Source: Octopus sinensis (Eukaryota). Taken from it: a stretch of DNA of 64,000 bases. The first letter of the stretch is position 1; each line of letters begins with the position of its first letter. The DNA lies in contig NC_043008.1 in assembly GCF_006345805.1 (NCBI RefSeq), positions 73,532,001-73,596,000 of the forward strand, given 5' to 3'. Shown piece after piece: positions 27,720 to 40,126 of this stretch. The notes under the pieces are model-generated. The model was not told the origin of the DNA and searched no databases. It saw only the letters and a program-made list of their open reading frames with translations. Both the position numbers and the translations under genes were made by a program.

Positions 27720-28210
27720 TAGAGGGTGCGAATGGTATTTGAGGTACGTGCATTTTTAGCCATTATTTTATTTGATTAATTTTTATTGAAATTTTATTTC
27801 AGAAAATAGCAATGGCATGCCCTAGTATAATGAAATGAAAAGGTATGCTATGATTGCGGCTTTGGAAGCTAGGCATGGTGATTTAGAAATTTTTCGTTTT
27901 CTGAAAGTTGCAAGATCTTCTGCCCACAGGATTTAGTGTAAGTTAAAGAAATAAGATGGAAGCGTATTACCGGTAACAAAACGTAAAAACAATTCCAAAC
28001 GCTCTGATTCTATCAGGACACCTGAATCTATTCAGGACGTTAAGCAAATCATTGAAGACAATCTAGGAAAATCAATGCGATCAATTATAAAAACAAATTC
28101 GTGTCTGAAGAAACAATAAGAAATGTAGTGCATGAAATACAAATCTTATAGCATAAGGAGAGGTCAATTCTTGTCAGAAAAAGCAAAAGGAAGCCCTTTA
28201 ATTAGATCTT
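27720..28210 (+). mobile_element. DD37D (maT) mariner 5' fragment with left TIR
   Basis: TIR TAGAGGGTGCGAATGGTATTTGAGG matches the inverted terminus at ~6780-6805. Translation RYAMIAALEARHGDLEIFRFLKVARS...RSDSIRTPESIQDVKQIIEDNLGKSMRSI...RRGQFLSEK resembles the maT N-terminal HTH region. Confidence 0.85.
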
Positions 28211-28286
28211 CTGCTGCTTTGCCCCTGCAATATAACGTATCCGTGAAAAATTATCATCCAATATATGTCCACCCGAGGGCGGCCTG

Positions 28287-28470
28287 CTGGCAGAATCGTT
28301 AGCACGCCGGATAAAAATGTTCAGCGGCATTTCGTATACCTGTACGTTCTGAGTTCAAATTCCGCTGAGCTCGACTTTACCTTTCATCCTTTTGGGGTTG
28401 ATATAAGTACCAGTTATTGACTTAACCTCTTTCCGCGAAATTGCTGGCCTTGTACCAAAATCTGAAACCA
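28287..28470 (+). mobile_element. SINE family A
   Basis: ggcggcctgctggcagaatcgttagcacgccgg...gagttcaaattcc...aaattgctggccttgtaccaaaa. Confidence 0.85.
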
Positions 28471-29409
28471 ATTTGTGTCTCCACGGACGTTTCGGCATTA
28501 GATTCGACTCTACAGTTTTCTCATTTGTTTATCATTCATTTATTGTTTTACAGTTCTTTTTGTGTTCCTTCCATGCTGGTATGAGTAAGACGGATATATG
28601 ATTGAGAGGTTGTTTTATAATCGATTGTCATTCCTGTCACTAACGCCTAAATGTTTTTCCGTAAGGGAAATCTTACTGCAAATGCCGTCGAAAACACAAA
28701 ACAAACATATGATTTGCTAACAGGGAAAATGATAACAACGTCACCGCTCAGTGATTATCGGAGAAGTTAAAATAGAAACAAATATAAAGTAGAAACAAAG
28801 ATACGCACATATCCGCCTGCACATACACGCCGGCGCACACACAAACATATTAATATTCGACAGTATTCTTTAATCCATTTAGTTTTCCTTCTGCTGCTAA
28901 ATCCACTGACAAGGCTTTGGTAAACCTGTGGTCACAGAAGACCACCTCAGTGTGCAGAATAGTCGAATTGCATCCGAAACCACCGCCGTCTCTGCATCTT
29001 TTGTATATGCAAAACATGCAAAACGAAGTCAAGATTTAGTACAAGATTCTGATCATGTTGATACAAGTTGAAGATATTTTGTAAGGTATCGTACAAGAAA
29101 ATGTATACCTTGCTTCAGCGATAGTTAGAAAAGAATAGAGGTGCTAAAAGGAGCAGGAGAAGAAAACCACAACACATATTTTTCTCTTATTGCTGTGAAT
29201 ATATGACAATTGTTTACTATGGAAATACAATGTAAATTATTTATTACGATAACAGCATAAATGAAACTTAGAATTTTCGTGAATTTATACCACTAAAATA
29301 TGCAATCACAGTGAAAATTCTGTTTGCTAATATTTTAGACACGTTATTCTTTCTTACTCTATTAATTCAGAATCATCCTTAATAAATTAACACTCAACTA
29401 TTATACATA

Positions 29410-29449
29410 CCACTATACATACCATTCACAGGAATGGTATGTATAGTGG
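29410..29449. repeat. Perfect 18-bp-stem hairpin
   Basis: CCACTATACATACCATTC-acag-GAATGGTATGTATAGTGG. Confidence 0.9.
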
Positions 29450-30881
29450 CGTTCAGGAAAAATATGAATTTTTCTGTTTATGCATCATTTGTTAAACACC
29501 TACGACCGTTTCGTTGAGTACAATATTGTAACACATCATTAGCGACATGATACTGAATGAATGATAATTAGGTAATGATATGAATTATCATTGTAGTTGC
29601 ATGGACCAGTTAGTTAACATGTGAGATAAACTATAGAAATGTCATATTATAAGCTTATCACACATTGTATTACATTTGCTCACCTGATGAGAAGGACAAA
29701 GGTTTAAATTCTTCAGAACTGCCTGTATTGGTTTGTATGGATTACTGGTTGAGCTTAATGCGATAGATTTAAATTGACAAACTTGGTATTGATTAAGAAA
29801 TACTTAAAGAATAAGTGCTTCATAGAAATTTATAACGATAACGACTTGGTATGCATTGCCGACACGCAAACCTTGTTCCTAGAGCGACCTATTGACAGAT
29901 TATCAATAAAATGCCTTATGGCATAATCGTTCCGGCTCTTGGTATTCTGAGTTCAAATCCTGGAAAGGTCAACTTAGCCTTTTATCGATTTTCGAGTCGA
30001 TAAATAAAGTAACAGCTTTGTATTGTTATCTGTTCTGTTTCACATAAAGTTTCTTTCTTTCTGTGACAAGGCCCGACGAGGGATAGGATCCAGCGGGTGT
30101 AAAACGCCTACTCAAAACACTCCTTGTGTCACGAAAGCGTCTTTTTAATTTCATAAAAATTCAGGGACCAAGGTGAAGCAAGACATTTATGCTGTAGATT
30201 CACAATTAAACATTTACATTCATCAGCTAGAAAAAGTTCCGCCTGCTAGGGAACCTTTATAAACTACAAAGTTTATTTCGTGACTAAAATGCTGCTATTG
30301 AGTTGATCGATAGTTAATGTTGTACTAATGGTTCTTTAACAGACACTTTTGACTGTTTCTTTCAAGGGAAACAAGGCGTTCAAGAAGAGTTCGATGAATA
30401 AAAACTTTTAAACTGAAGAAAAGTTGAAACCTAACTTTTCAACAAGATATAACTTCATTTCATAACTTATCCTTGTAAAAATTGACCCTTTTTACTTCAC
30501 TACTTCCAAGTCAAATCCTACTTTTACTATCATGTAAGTGGGAACAAGATTTAACATCACAACAATTTACTATAAAATGCAAGACGAACAGGTTATCAAA
30601 AACACAGGGAGCTACTTAAGAATTTTTGACATCGACCATAAAATCGATTTTATGGAACAGCTAAGAATTTTCAGCGAAGAAACATCTTCGATTCTTGTCG
30701 TCCCTTTAATTCTTTCGTGTTATATATTAAAAGCAGTCAGAAATTAAAACGATATGACTCACTGTTTTCCTTCCAAAATTCTGGCTTGAATTTATGCATA
30801 AAAGTCACCAATATAGTTTATTTATACATACATTCATACGTCTGTACGTGCATACATGTATACACATACATATACATAAGT

Positions 30882-31555
30882 TCAGGCGTGGTTGTGTGGT
30901 AAGAAGTTCGCCTCCAAATCACATGGTTCAGAATTCAATTCCATTTCATGGCACCTTGAGCAAGTACCATATACTAGCGCTCATAGCTTTGTGAAATAAT
31001 TTACTAGACGGAAACTAAAAAAAACCTGTCATATATATATACAGCCTTTGCCAGAAGTACTAGGCTGCCCCAATGATTTGTGGTTCTGCTACCTCAATGT
31101 ATATGAAACTCGTACACGTAGTAGATTATGGCATATTTCACAATATACATTAGTTTTAATATCTGGTTGACCCTGCTAAAGGGTCAACCAAATATTAATA
31201 TAATATAATACATAATATAATATATTATATGATATATAATATAATATAATATAATATAGTGTATATATATACACACATATATGCTATAGGCATTTTCAGT
31301 TATATAATTGTATGTGTGTGTAAGCGTGTGTGTGTGTGTGTGTGCGTGTTTTGTATGTGCATGTGCGTTTCTGTTTCTTGCCCAATCGTTTTGACAACCA
31401 GTGTTGGTTTCATTACATCGGGGTGAGGTAGCAGTTCGGCTAAAGGAACCGATTAAATAAGTACTTAGAGCAAAAAATGTGGTCGTATCGTTCAACTACA
31501 AGCCGTTAAAGCGGTGCCACAACATGGCCGAAAACTAAAAACTGAAACAAGCAGA
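30882..31555 (+). mobile_element. SINE family B, degenerate, with expanded central microsatellite
   Basis: Head ggcgtggttgtgtggtaagaagttcgc at 30882-31030; tail ttgacaaccagtgttgg...aacatggccg...ctgaaacaag at 31370-31555. Confidence 0.65.
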
Positions 31556-31584
31556 AGATATACACACAAGCATACTCTCCCCTC

Positions 31585-31627
<43 letters not shown>

Positions 31628-31993
31628 GAAGCACACATATAAAAGGATACAAGCAGTTGGAAACTTTTTGTGATTTTATTTATTACACGTGTTTCAGGTG
31701 CTAATAAGAATTACTGAGATTTACATATTAGATAGACATGCAAAGAGTTTTCTGTTAGAAATATCTCATATACAGAAGTTAATTAATACAGATCTTACAC
31801 TTTGATTCGTCAGGAATCAGGAGGAATATAGATAGTTGGGCTGAAAGAAGGAAGAGCATTTTCCATATTATAGAAGGGAAAGGGGGGAGTTATACGCACT
31901 CGCAAATACAAACACACACACACGTACACCCACACTCACACATACATATATATATGCATATGTATGTGTATATATATATATATATTATATATA

Positions 31994-32305
31994 TATATAA
32001 TATTAATTAGAGACAAACCACTATTTTGCAAATCAAACAAAGAAAGACTTAATCCAATACATAAAAAAATTTAATATAAATTAAATTAAATTAAATTCGC
32101 CACTACAATTGTTTCGTGTCTTTTCTAAGGACATTCATCAGGTGGATTTCAGATCTTCTATTCAATTTTAAGTTTGATTTGCAAAATAGTGGTTTGTCTC
32201 TAATTAATATTATATAATATTTTACTATAAAATTGGATTCAATCCTAAATCTGATTTTTCCCTGTAAATTTGGATTTATTCCCTAATATTTATTATTATT
32301 TAAAT
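31994..32305 (-). mobile_element. Small non-autonomous element with perfect 45-bp inverted repeats enclosing a hammerhead (PLE pseudo-LTR-like)
   Basis: 31994-32038 is the exact reverse complement of 32172-32216. A hammerhead lies between the arms and (TA)n tracts flank both sides. Confidence 0.7.
32100..32145 (-). ncRNA. Minimal type I hammerhead ribozyme
   Basis: Minus strand reads ccac-CUGAUGA-auguc(cuuagaaaa)gacac-GAAA-caauug-UA-gugg. The catalytic core is complete, stem I is 4 bp, stem II is 4 bp plus an A.C mismatch at 10.1-11.1, stem III is the palindrome CAAUUG, and the triplet is GUA. Confidence 0.85.
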
Positions 32306-32586
32306 ATATATATATAAACATATATATATATATGTACGTATGTATATACATACACACACATACATACATGCACATATATACATGCATGCTCACAAAAGCC
32401 TACTTATACATATACTCATATACACATATACATAAGTTGATACGCATTTAATTACATACTTACATTACACGCGCTAAATTCAAACGAAGGATACAATAGT
32501 TCCGTCATTTTAACCCAAGAAAATATACAAATCTATGCAAAAGAAAATATGACCACGGCAACATGACTGAAACGAGTAAAAGAGTA

Positions 32587-32864
32587 AAATTTTCTTCTGG
32601 TCGAGTAACCCACCCTGCTCAAAGGGTCCCTGAATAAGGGTTGTTTAAGGATGTTGAACGAAACACCCATATTTCCAGAGGTGAATTATTCAAACCCTAA
32701 AGAATTCCTCTCAACACATGGCAATGATGCTACCCCACTACTTCTGCTCGTGATCAGAGATGCACATATCGTCAGCCACTAAGGGACATGCTCAACTGGT
32801 TAAGGTCAAACAACTGACAAGCAAATCTGTGGTACTGAGCAGAACATTTGATGTAGCCCATCTT
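32587..32864 (-). mobile_element. Partial copy of the 24511-25045 repeat
   Basis: aagggtccctgaataagggttgtttaaggatg...actgacaagcaaatctgtgg is the reverse complement of 24590-24865. Confidence 0.9.
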
Positions 32865-33204
32865 CATCATAATTATATCAAATGCTATTACTATAAGTAA
32901 CGCCACAAAATGTAAGTGGGGTCTAAAGTCAAACTACTGTAAAAAATACACACACGCGTCTAATTCGAGGAATGAATGGATGAGATATTCCCATGTTCAT
33001 TCCCTAGAATTCTGTGTGTTTGGTGTATATCTGCTGAAGTAGTTTCACTTTAGAGTCCTCTTACAGTGTGTGCCGTTACTTATAGTAGTAGTCCTTGATA
33101 TAATAATGTATTTTATATACAAGGAAAAAAAAATTATGTACTTTGTATTAATTTTTTCCTTAATTGGTTTTGCCAGCTGGCTACTTGATAAAATCTTATA
33201 TAGA

Positions 33205-33211
33205 TTTTATG

Positions 33212-33255
<44 letters not shown>

Positions 33256-33329
33256 ATATAATATATATATATATATTATATATATATATATATATATAAT
33301 ATATGTATATATATTATATATATATATAT

Positions 33330-33375
<46 letters not shown>

Positions 33376-33409
33376 ATATATGTATATATTTATAATATAT
33401 ATATATGTA

Positions 33410-33444
<35 letters not shown>

Positions 33445-33461
33445 CATATTTATATATATAT

Positions 33462-33500
<39 letters not shown>
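33205..33500. repeat. Long (TA)n microsatellite
   Basis: Direct run; source of the YI-repeat ORFs. Confidence 0.95.
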
Positions 33501-33503
<3 letters not shown>

Positions 33504-34337
33504 TTGCATATGCATATACATATATTTTGCATATACATATATTTTATTTCTACACACACAGACACACACGCACACACCCCACATACACACACACACACAC
33601 TCACACACTCAAAAGTGATCCAATTTATAAATGTTGTTATCTTGTTATCAAAACCGAAATTATTTTTAATAAGATGAAGTTGTGTTTAGTAAATAAATAT
33701 ATAAATTACAGGAATATGTGTTTGATGATAGAAAAATAAGAGGAATGATCAATTACAGTGATTAATATACAGATATACCTTATATATTTTAGACGCATTA
33801 ATATAGAAAACGTATATGCACCCACATATGCATTCAAAATATACATATATATATAATATTATATATATTTATGTATATATATGTATATACATATATATTA
33901 TAATATATATATATATATTATATATATATGTATATATATGTATATATATAAATACATATGAATATATGTACACACACGTATATATATATATATATACATA
34001 TATGTGTATGTGTGTGTATACAAACACACGAATGTAAATTCACACATATACACGCACATACAAACAAACATACTTATATATGCAACACATATATGCCCGC
34101 ATATGCATACATTTCATAGTAAATATACACGCATAAACACGCATACCTATATGCATACATGCAAACGCACAATTTTTGCATATATAATAGCAAAGTTTAT
34201 ATATGTTTTTCTTAATTAACATAGAGTAAGTTTCATTAAGCGCATACATATACATGCAAAGTAAACAGATACACATATACACATACATACATACACTTAC
34301 ATACACATAGGGATATATAAATTCATATATACTTATT

Positions 34338-34374
<37 letters not shown>

Positions 34375-34496
34375 TTTATATTTATGTATACGTACACACG
34401 CACATATACATACATGTACATATATACATACTACTATATATATACATACAAAAATACATCTGTCTGTCTATCTGTCTATCTATCTATCTATCTATC

Positions 34497-34540
<44 letters not shown>

Positions 34541-34562
34541 TATATTATATATATATATATAT

Positions 34563-34622
<60 letters not shown>

Positions 34623-34719
34623 GAATATGTATATATTTATATATTTGTATATATATATTAGCATGTTTGAGTATGTATTTATATATATGAACACACACAC
34701 ATTTATATAATAACAATAA

Positions 34720-36500
34720 TCCTTGGATGGAATATGTAAGCATTTATTGCATTGTTACGTGCATTTACACAAGCCACATGTCTCTTATGTTCATAGTCCG
34801 TATTCCTGGGATATCTACACCGTAGTCCATAGTATCTTTGGGTATCAGGTTGACCATCTTCATGGATTCATTTCTTCAGACGATCTAACATTAATGGATA
34901 TACAACAGAGGGATGTTTATCTCTTTTTACCAGTATGATGGTTAAGCGAGTTATAGCTTGATATTGCGTCAGTACCTTTTCTTTTTTTGAGGTGTGGTAC
35001 AGTCTTTTGTTGTATTAATGTCTGTATTGTGTGTTGTGCGTGTAATACGCTGTGTATTCGGCTTGCTGGTAGTATTTTATTTATTGGAGATTTGCAGTAT
35101 AGAGTTTGTCTTGTGTTCGTGGATTGTTTTGTTTAGCTTTTATTATTGAATTGATAGTGTTTTGCGTAGGATGTAGGCTGTTCCTAGCCGAGCTACCTTT
35201 CTTTGGACAGTGTGTAATGTTGAGGATCTAAAATAGCTTCTACGTTTTTGTTCATGTATTTTGTTTGTCATTCCCAACGTTCCACTTATTACTGGTATTG
35301 TTTTCATCTTCATGCCCAACATCTTGAATACTTCAATATCGAGGTTTTGCACTTTGACAATTTCTCCACATCCAAATGGACAATATTTTGATCAGAAGGG
35401 ACTGCAATGTCTATCAGCATGTTGTTGTCTTTTTCCAATCCTTGATTATTATGTCTGGTCGATTAGCTGGTTTGTCGGTTTGAACAGGCATATTCCAGAT
35501 GATTATCCTATGGTCGTTATCCTATATGTTTTTTAGCACATGATTATTCCATTTATTGTCAGTTTTAATGTTGTGCTGGCATATTGTCCAGTGGATCTAA
35601 CTACTCACTCGGTCGTGTACGTACATAAAATCAGACTTGTCAAGGACTGGACGGCCCGAGTAGATGTGATCAACTGTCTCATTGTTCTGCTTGCACTTTC
35701 TTCATTTCGAATTGGAGCCTCTTTTCATTCTTTTGTTTTGTAATTGTTTGCAGTGAGGCATTGGTCTTGTGCAGCGAGAATGAATCCTTCCGTTTCGGAT
35801 TTTAGTTCAATGCTTCTGAGTCATTGTAGGCTTTTACTTAGCTCACTTCTTCTCCGTCAATCCTTGCGGGGTATTGGCCATGGAGTAATTTTTCTCTTCA
35901 TTTCTTCTTTAGTATGTTTTGTAATTCTTTTTTCATGTTGTTTTTGCTTCTTTGACAATTTCTACTACGTAGTCATTCGCGATCCGTGTATCAGTTTAAT
36001 TTGTTTTGTTTTGTATTTTGTCGCCTCGTCGTATATCGAGAAAAGCGATTTCTTTTTCTCGTGTTGCTGTATTGCATGTAGCAGTCTTCCACACTTTTTC
36101 TAAATACTTTTTCTAGTCCAACTGTTGTTATTTTATATTAGCTCTTTATCTAGATCAGGCCACGGCCGCCTTCTTAGCGGGTTGGACATATTCTGTCTGT
36201 GTTCGCTTTGGGGTGGTGACTTCGGTATGCTCCGAATAGTTTTCTGGTTTTTCTCTCTAAGTTTCTCAATTCACTGATCTTCCAGTTTATTACGTGGAAG
36301 CTGTAATTTATGTCTGTTGTGGCTTGCGTGTTTATGATCTTATTTTTAGCTTGAAGTCCAGTGTTTAATACTAGTCTAACTCTTCTGTAATATTCTCTTC
36401 TAGTTTTCTCTTTCATTCTTGTGTGTTGTATTTTAGCTGTTTCGTCTATTCCCAGATATTTATATGGGTGGTTGTGATCTAATTATCTGATTTCTGTGTC
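34720..36500 (-). mobile_element. R4/Dong-clade non-LTR retrotransposon, 5'-truncated copy 1 (RT thumb, CCHC, RLE, 3' UTR)
   Basis: MKEKTRREYYRRVRLVLNTGLQAKNKI...HHPKANTDR; ETVDHIYSG...HDRV; RPDIIIKD...LIDIAVPSDQN; LGTAYILRKTLSIQ* (stop at 35143). The 3' boundary is approximate. Confidence 0.85.
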
Positions 36501-36514
36501 AATTATTATTATTA

Positions 36515-36578
<64 letters not shown>

Positions 36579-36579
36579 G

Positions 36580-37675
36580 TATTGTCTTTGCACAGCTCCT
36601 AACGCTGGAGATGTACTACGGTGTCAGTCGTTCACTACCAGTGAACTAAAGTAACACCGCTTATTTTCAAGCACCGTCTGGATTAACCACCTATTTTCAG
36701 TTTTATTCATTCTCAAGTCCTTGTACAGTGCTTTATCTTTGCAGTCTTCCATCCTACACAAGCCTGGCCTTCTTACTTCCAATAATAGTAGTTCTGTAGC
36801 ATTTTTTACATACCATATTATGTTGTTTTCTGCTCTGATACTGTTTTCGCATCTAATCAGTCATCTTACCCCTCATTTTCTTAGTACATACAGTCTGTCT
36901 GTATCACTTTTGGGGTGGAGTGTCCCATATATAGTCAGCAAATTATTTGTCTTTCTAAGCTGTTTAGTTCGTCTACTGTCCATGCGATTACACCTGTTCC
37001 ATATCTAAGGAGTGAAACCGCCCAGGTGTTGATAGCTTCAATCTTATTCCGTCCGTATAATTTCGACTTAGGGATCAGTCTCAATCTGCGCATGTAGTCC
37101 GCCTTTCTCCATCAATTTATCCATTTCCAATATTCATGCGTCTCTTCTACATGCTTCATAACCTCCCCCAACGGTATCGCTAACCCGTCCATACATTTCA
37201 ATTTGCTACTCTTCAAATAAACCACTCTTTTTCACTCCGAACTCCATTCTGTTATCAGCACTGAAAGTATACATCGTATCAACGAGGGAACTGAATTGGG
37301 ATACGTCTTTACCATATAGTTTTAGACCATCCACGAATAATAAGTGGTTGACATTTTGTTAGCGGCTCTCGAATACATACCCAGCCTTTGCTTTCCTCAG
37401 AATCAGTGTAAGTGGTATCATGCACAGCACAAAGATCAGTGGGAAAATGTAGTCCACTTGGAAGATGCCACTTCACATTGTCCCTAAACTTCTACCATAT
37501 GCTGTCAGTTCCGTCATCGACTTCGCCATACTTTTCCAAACCATTGTTCAACGGACGATGCAATACGAAATAAGTTCATACATTCCATAACCCTAGTATG
37601 TGGGATTATATCGTATGCCTTACGATAATTGATCAATGACATAGCTGTTAGTTTTCCTCGTCTTGCAGTCTCTAA
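36580..37675 (-). mobile_element. R4/Dong-clade copy 2 (RT core, RLE deleted)
   Basis: SGIFQVDYIFPLIFVLCMIPLTLILRKAKAGY...NHLLFVDGLKLYGK; NKIEAINTWAVSLLRYG; LHPKSDTDRLY. Bounded by (ATT)n on both sides. Confidence 0.85.
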
Positions 37676-37679
37676 GTAC

Positions 37680-37681
37680 AG

Positions 37682-37762
<81 letters not shown>

Positions 37763-37820
37763 GTAGTAGTAGTAGTAGTAGTAGTAATAGTAGTAGTAGT
37801 AGTAGTAGTAGCAGTAGAAA

Positions 37821-37870
<50 letters not shown>

Positions 37871-37905
37871 TAGTAGTAGTAGTAGTATTCAGTAGTAGTA
37901 TTCAG
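37680..37905. repeat. (ATT)n/(AGT)n microsatellite between Dong copies
   Basis: Direct runs. Confidence 0.95.
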
Positions 37906-40085
37906 TAGTCTTATTCTTATCATGTGCCTTCACTGCACTAGCGAGCGCATCTCTGTGTGCATTGGGTATGTGCTGTGGTTTCTATTGGTGCTCTTATTGT
38001 TACTATATTGAAAGTGTTTTACGTAGGATGTGTGCAGTGCCTAGTAGTGCTATTTTATGTATGTTATATATATTTATTAGTCCTAGTGTTTTTGTTATCT
38101 ATTTTCTGAATATTTTTTTATCATACCCAATGCGTCTGCTATAATAGGAATTGCTTCTGGTTTTAGACTCTTCATTGAATTTACCTCTATTTCCAGGTCT
38201 AGAGACATCCGTTGATATTGATGCATCGATTAGAAAGCATTTTTTCTTCATGATCTATGACAACTATATCAGGCATTTTGGCCTTAATTTCTCTATCTGT
38301 GTGTATCGACATATTCCAGGGCATAGTTAATTTCTTATTTTCTGTGACCTTTTCTGGAGTGTGCCTATACAATCTTTTTTCTCTGTTGTTATTCCATTGT
38401 GTTGGCATAGCTTCGTGTGTATTTATGTCCAAACTCAGTCGTGTCTGTGAACATATCCCTTCTTAGCCAAGACTGGGTAACCAGAGACAATATGGCTTAT
38501 TGTTTCTTGTCCATTTCCACATATACTACATGTAATTGTTATGTTTCTTTTCATTATATGTTTTTGGTAATTTCTGGTGGGGAGGCTTTGGTCTTTTCTT
38601 CTATTAAAAATCGTTCAGTCTCTTTGCCATGAAGGGGCTTTTCTTGTTATCATTGTATGATGATCCGTTACTGTTCCAGTTTTAGTTTGGATTTCAATTG
38701 TTTTACAGCTTTTGCTGTTTCTTCTTTTTCGTCATAGTTGTTAGGTAATATAACTTCTTTTTTGTAATTGTCAGCTTCCTTAAAGTCTGAAAACGGCTTT
38801 CTGCTTTGTTCGTATTTTGTGGCTATACGTATTAGTTTTCATTGCTTCTGAAGTTGGTATTTTTGTTGTCCTACGGTGGTTATTTTGTAATATGTTTCTA
38901 GCTGTATAAGGTCTCTACCAACTTCTGTATGTTGCATATATAACCTTTCTATGTCAAATTTGGGTCGGTGCATCCTAAATCCTGTCATTATTTTCTTGTT
39001 TTCTAGTCTATTTTTATTAGTTCATTTAGTGTACAGTTAACGATATTATAGCTATAAATTATAACTGGGATGGCTAGAGTGTTGATACCTATTATTTCGT
39101 TTTTCGCATTGAGCTCTGTTTTCAGCATTAATCTATAATATTCTTTTTTTTTTGTATTTTCTCTTTCATGTTTTATCTCGTATCTAGTTCATTGATTCCT
39201 AGGCATATGTATGTCTGGCCTTGGTCTAATTCTCGTATTTCATTTGCTTTATCTAGCTTGATGTTGCTACTCTTAACTAATTTTCCTCTTTTCCAGCTTG
39301 CTTTGGCACGTTTTTCTAAACCAGATTTCATATGTATTTCATTGGTACATCCATGTACTCTCTATAGTAATGTTTCCAGTTGCTTATCATTTGTAGCGTA
39401 CAGTTTTAGATTATCCATGTATAAGCGGTGGCTGATTGTTTTGCCGTGACAGTTCTGTTTAGCGTGTCAGACAAAGGTGTCAGTGCCAAGCAGAAAAGGA
39501 GTGGAGAGAGTGAATCTCCCTGGAATATTTCTCTTGTAATGGGGATTTCTTTTGTTTTTGAGTCCCTGTTTTTTCTGCAGCTATGGCACTGTATGCCATT
39601 TATTCATGTAATGTGATATGTATGTTATGATTATTGGTTCTATCTTGTTCATGGCTAATGTTTCTGGGATCCATGTGTGGGGAATACTATCAAAAGCCTT
39701 TCGGTAATCTATCCAGGCCATACTTAGACCCGTCTTCTTTCTGCGGCTATCTTTAGTTATGGCTTTATTGATCAGTAGCTGATCTTTACAACTGCATGAT
39801 CCCTTGCAGCATCCCTTCTGCTATTCTGGAAACAGGTTGTTTTCTTCCAGTTGCTTACTCATTCAGTACGATATTATTGCAGTAAAGTCTTTGTAAATTG
39901 TAGGGAGACAAATTAATTAGTTTATAATTTTGTGGGTTTGCGGTTTCAGTGGATATGGGAATTAGGACAGTTTTCCCATCCGGGAGCCATTCAGGAATTG
40001 TCTCTGGCTCTGCTAGAATGTCATTCAATTTCACAGCCAGCTTTTTATGTGTTACTCTCAGATATTTGAACCAGAAGTTGGGGAT
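37905..40085 (-). mobile_element. R4/Dong-clade copy 3 (RT to RLE, short 3' UTR), 5'-truncated
   Basis: IPEWLPDGKTVLIP; [18 protein letters not shown]; IFQGDSLSPLLFCL; HTPEKVTENKK...HTDREIKAKMPDIVV; KIALLGTAHILRKTL. Bounded by (ATT)n arrays. Confidence 0.9.
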
Positions 40086-40093
40086 TATTATTA

Positions 40094-40126
<33 letters not shown>

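Noticed and set aside
30080-30142. CCGACGA...GAAAGCGTC motif
   Set aside because: The sequences flanking the putative stem II do not pair.
33030-33075. Minus-strand CTGTAAGA-ggac...gt-GAAAC motif
   Set aside because: The core has an insertion, stem II is incomplete, and there is no valid stem III or stem I.
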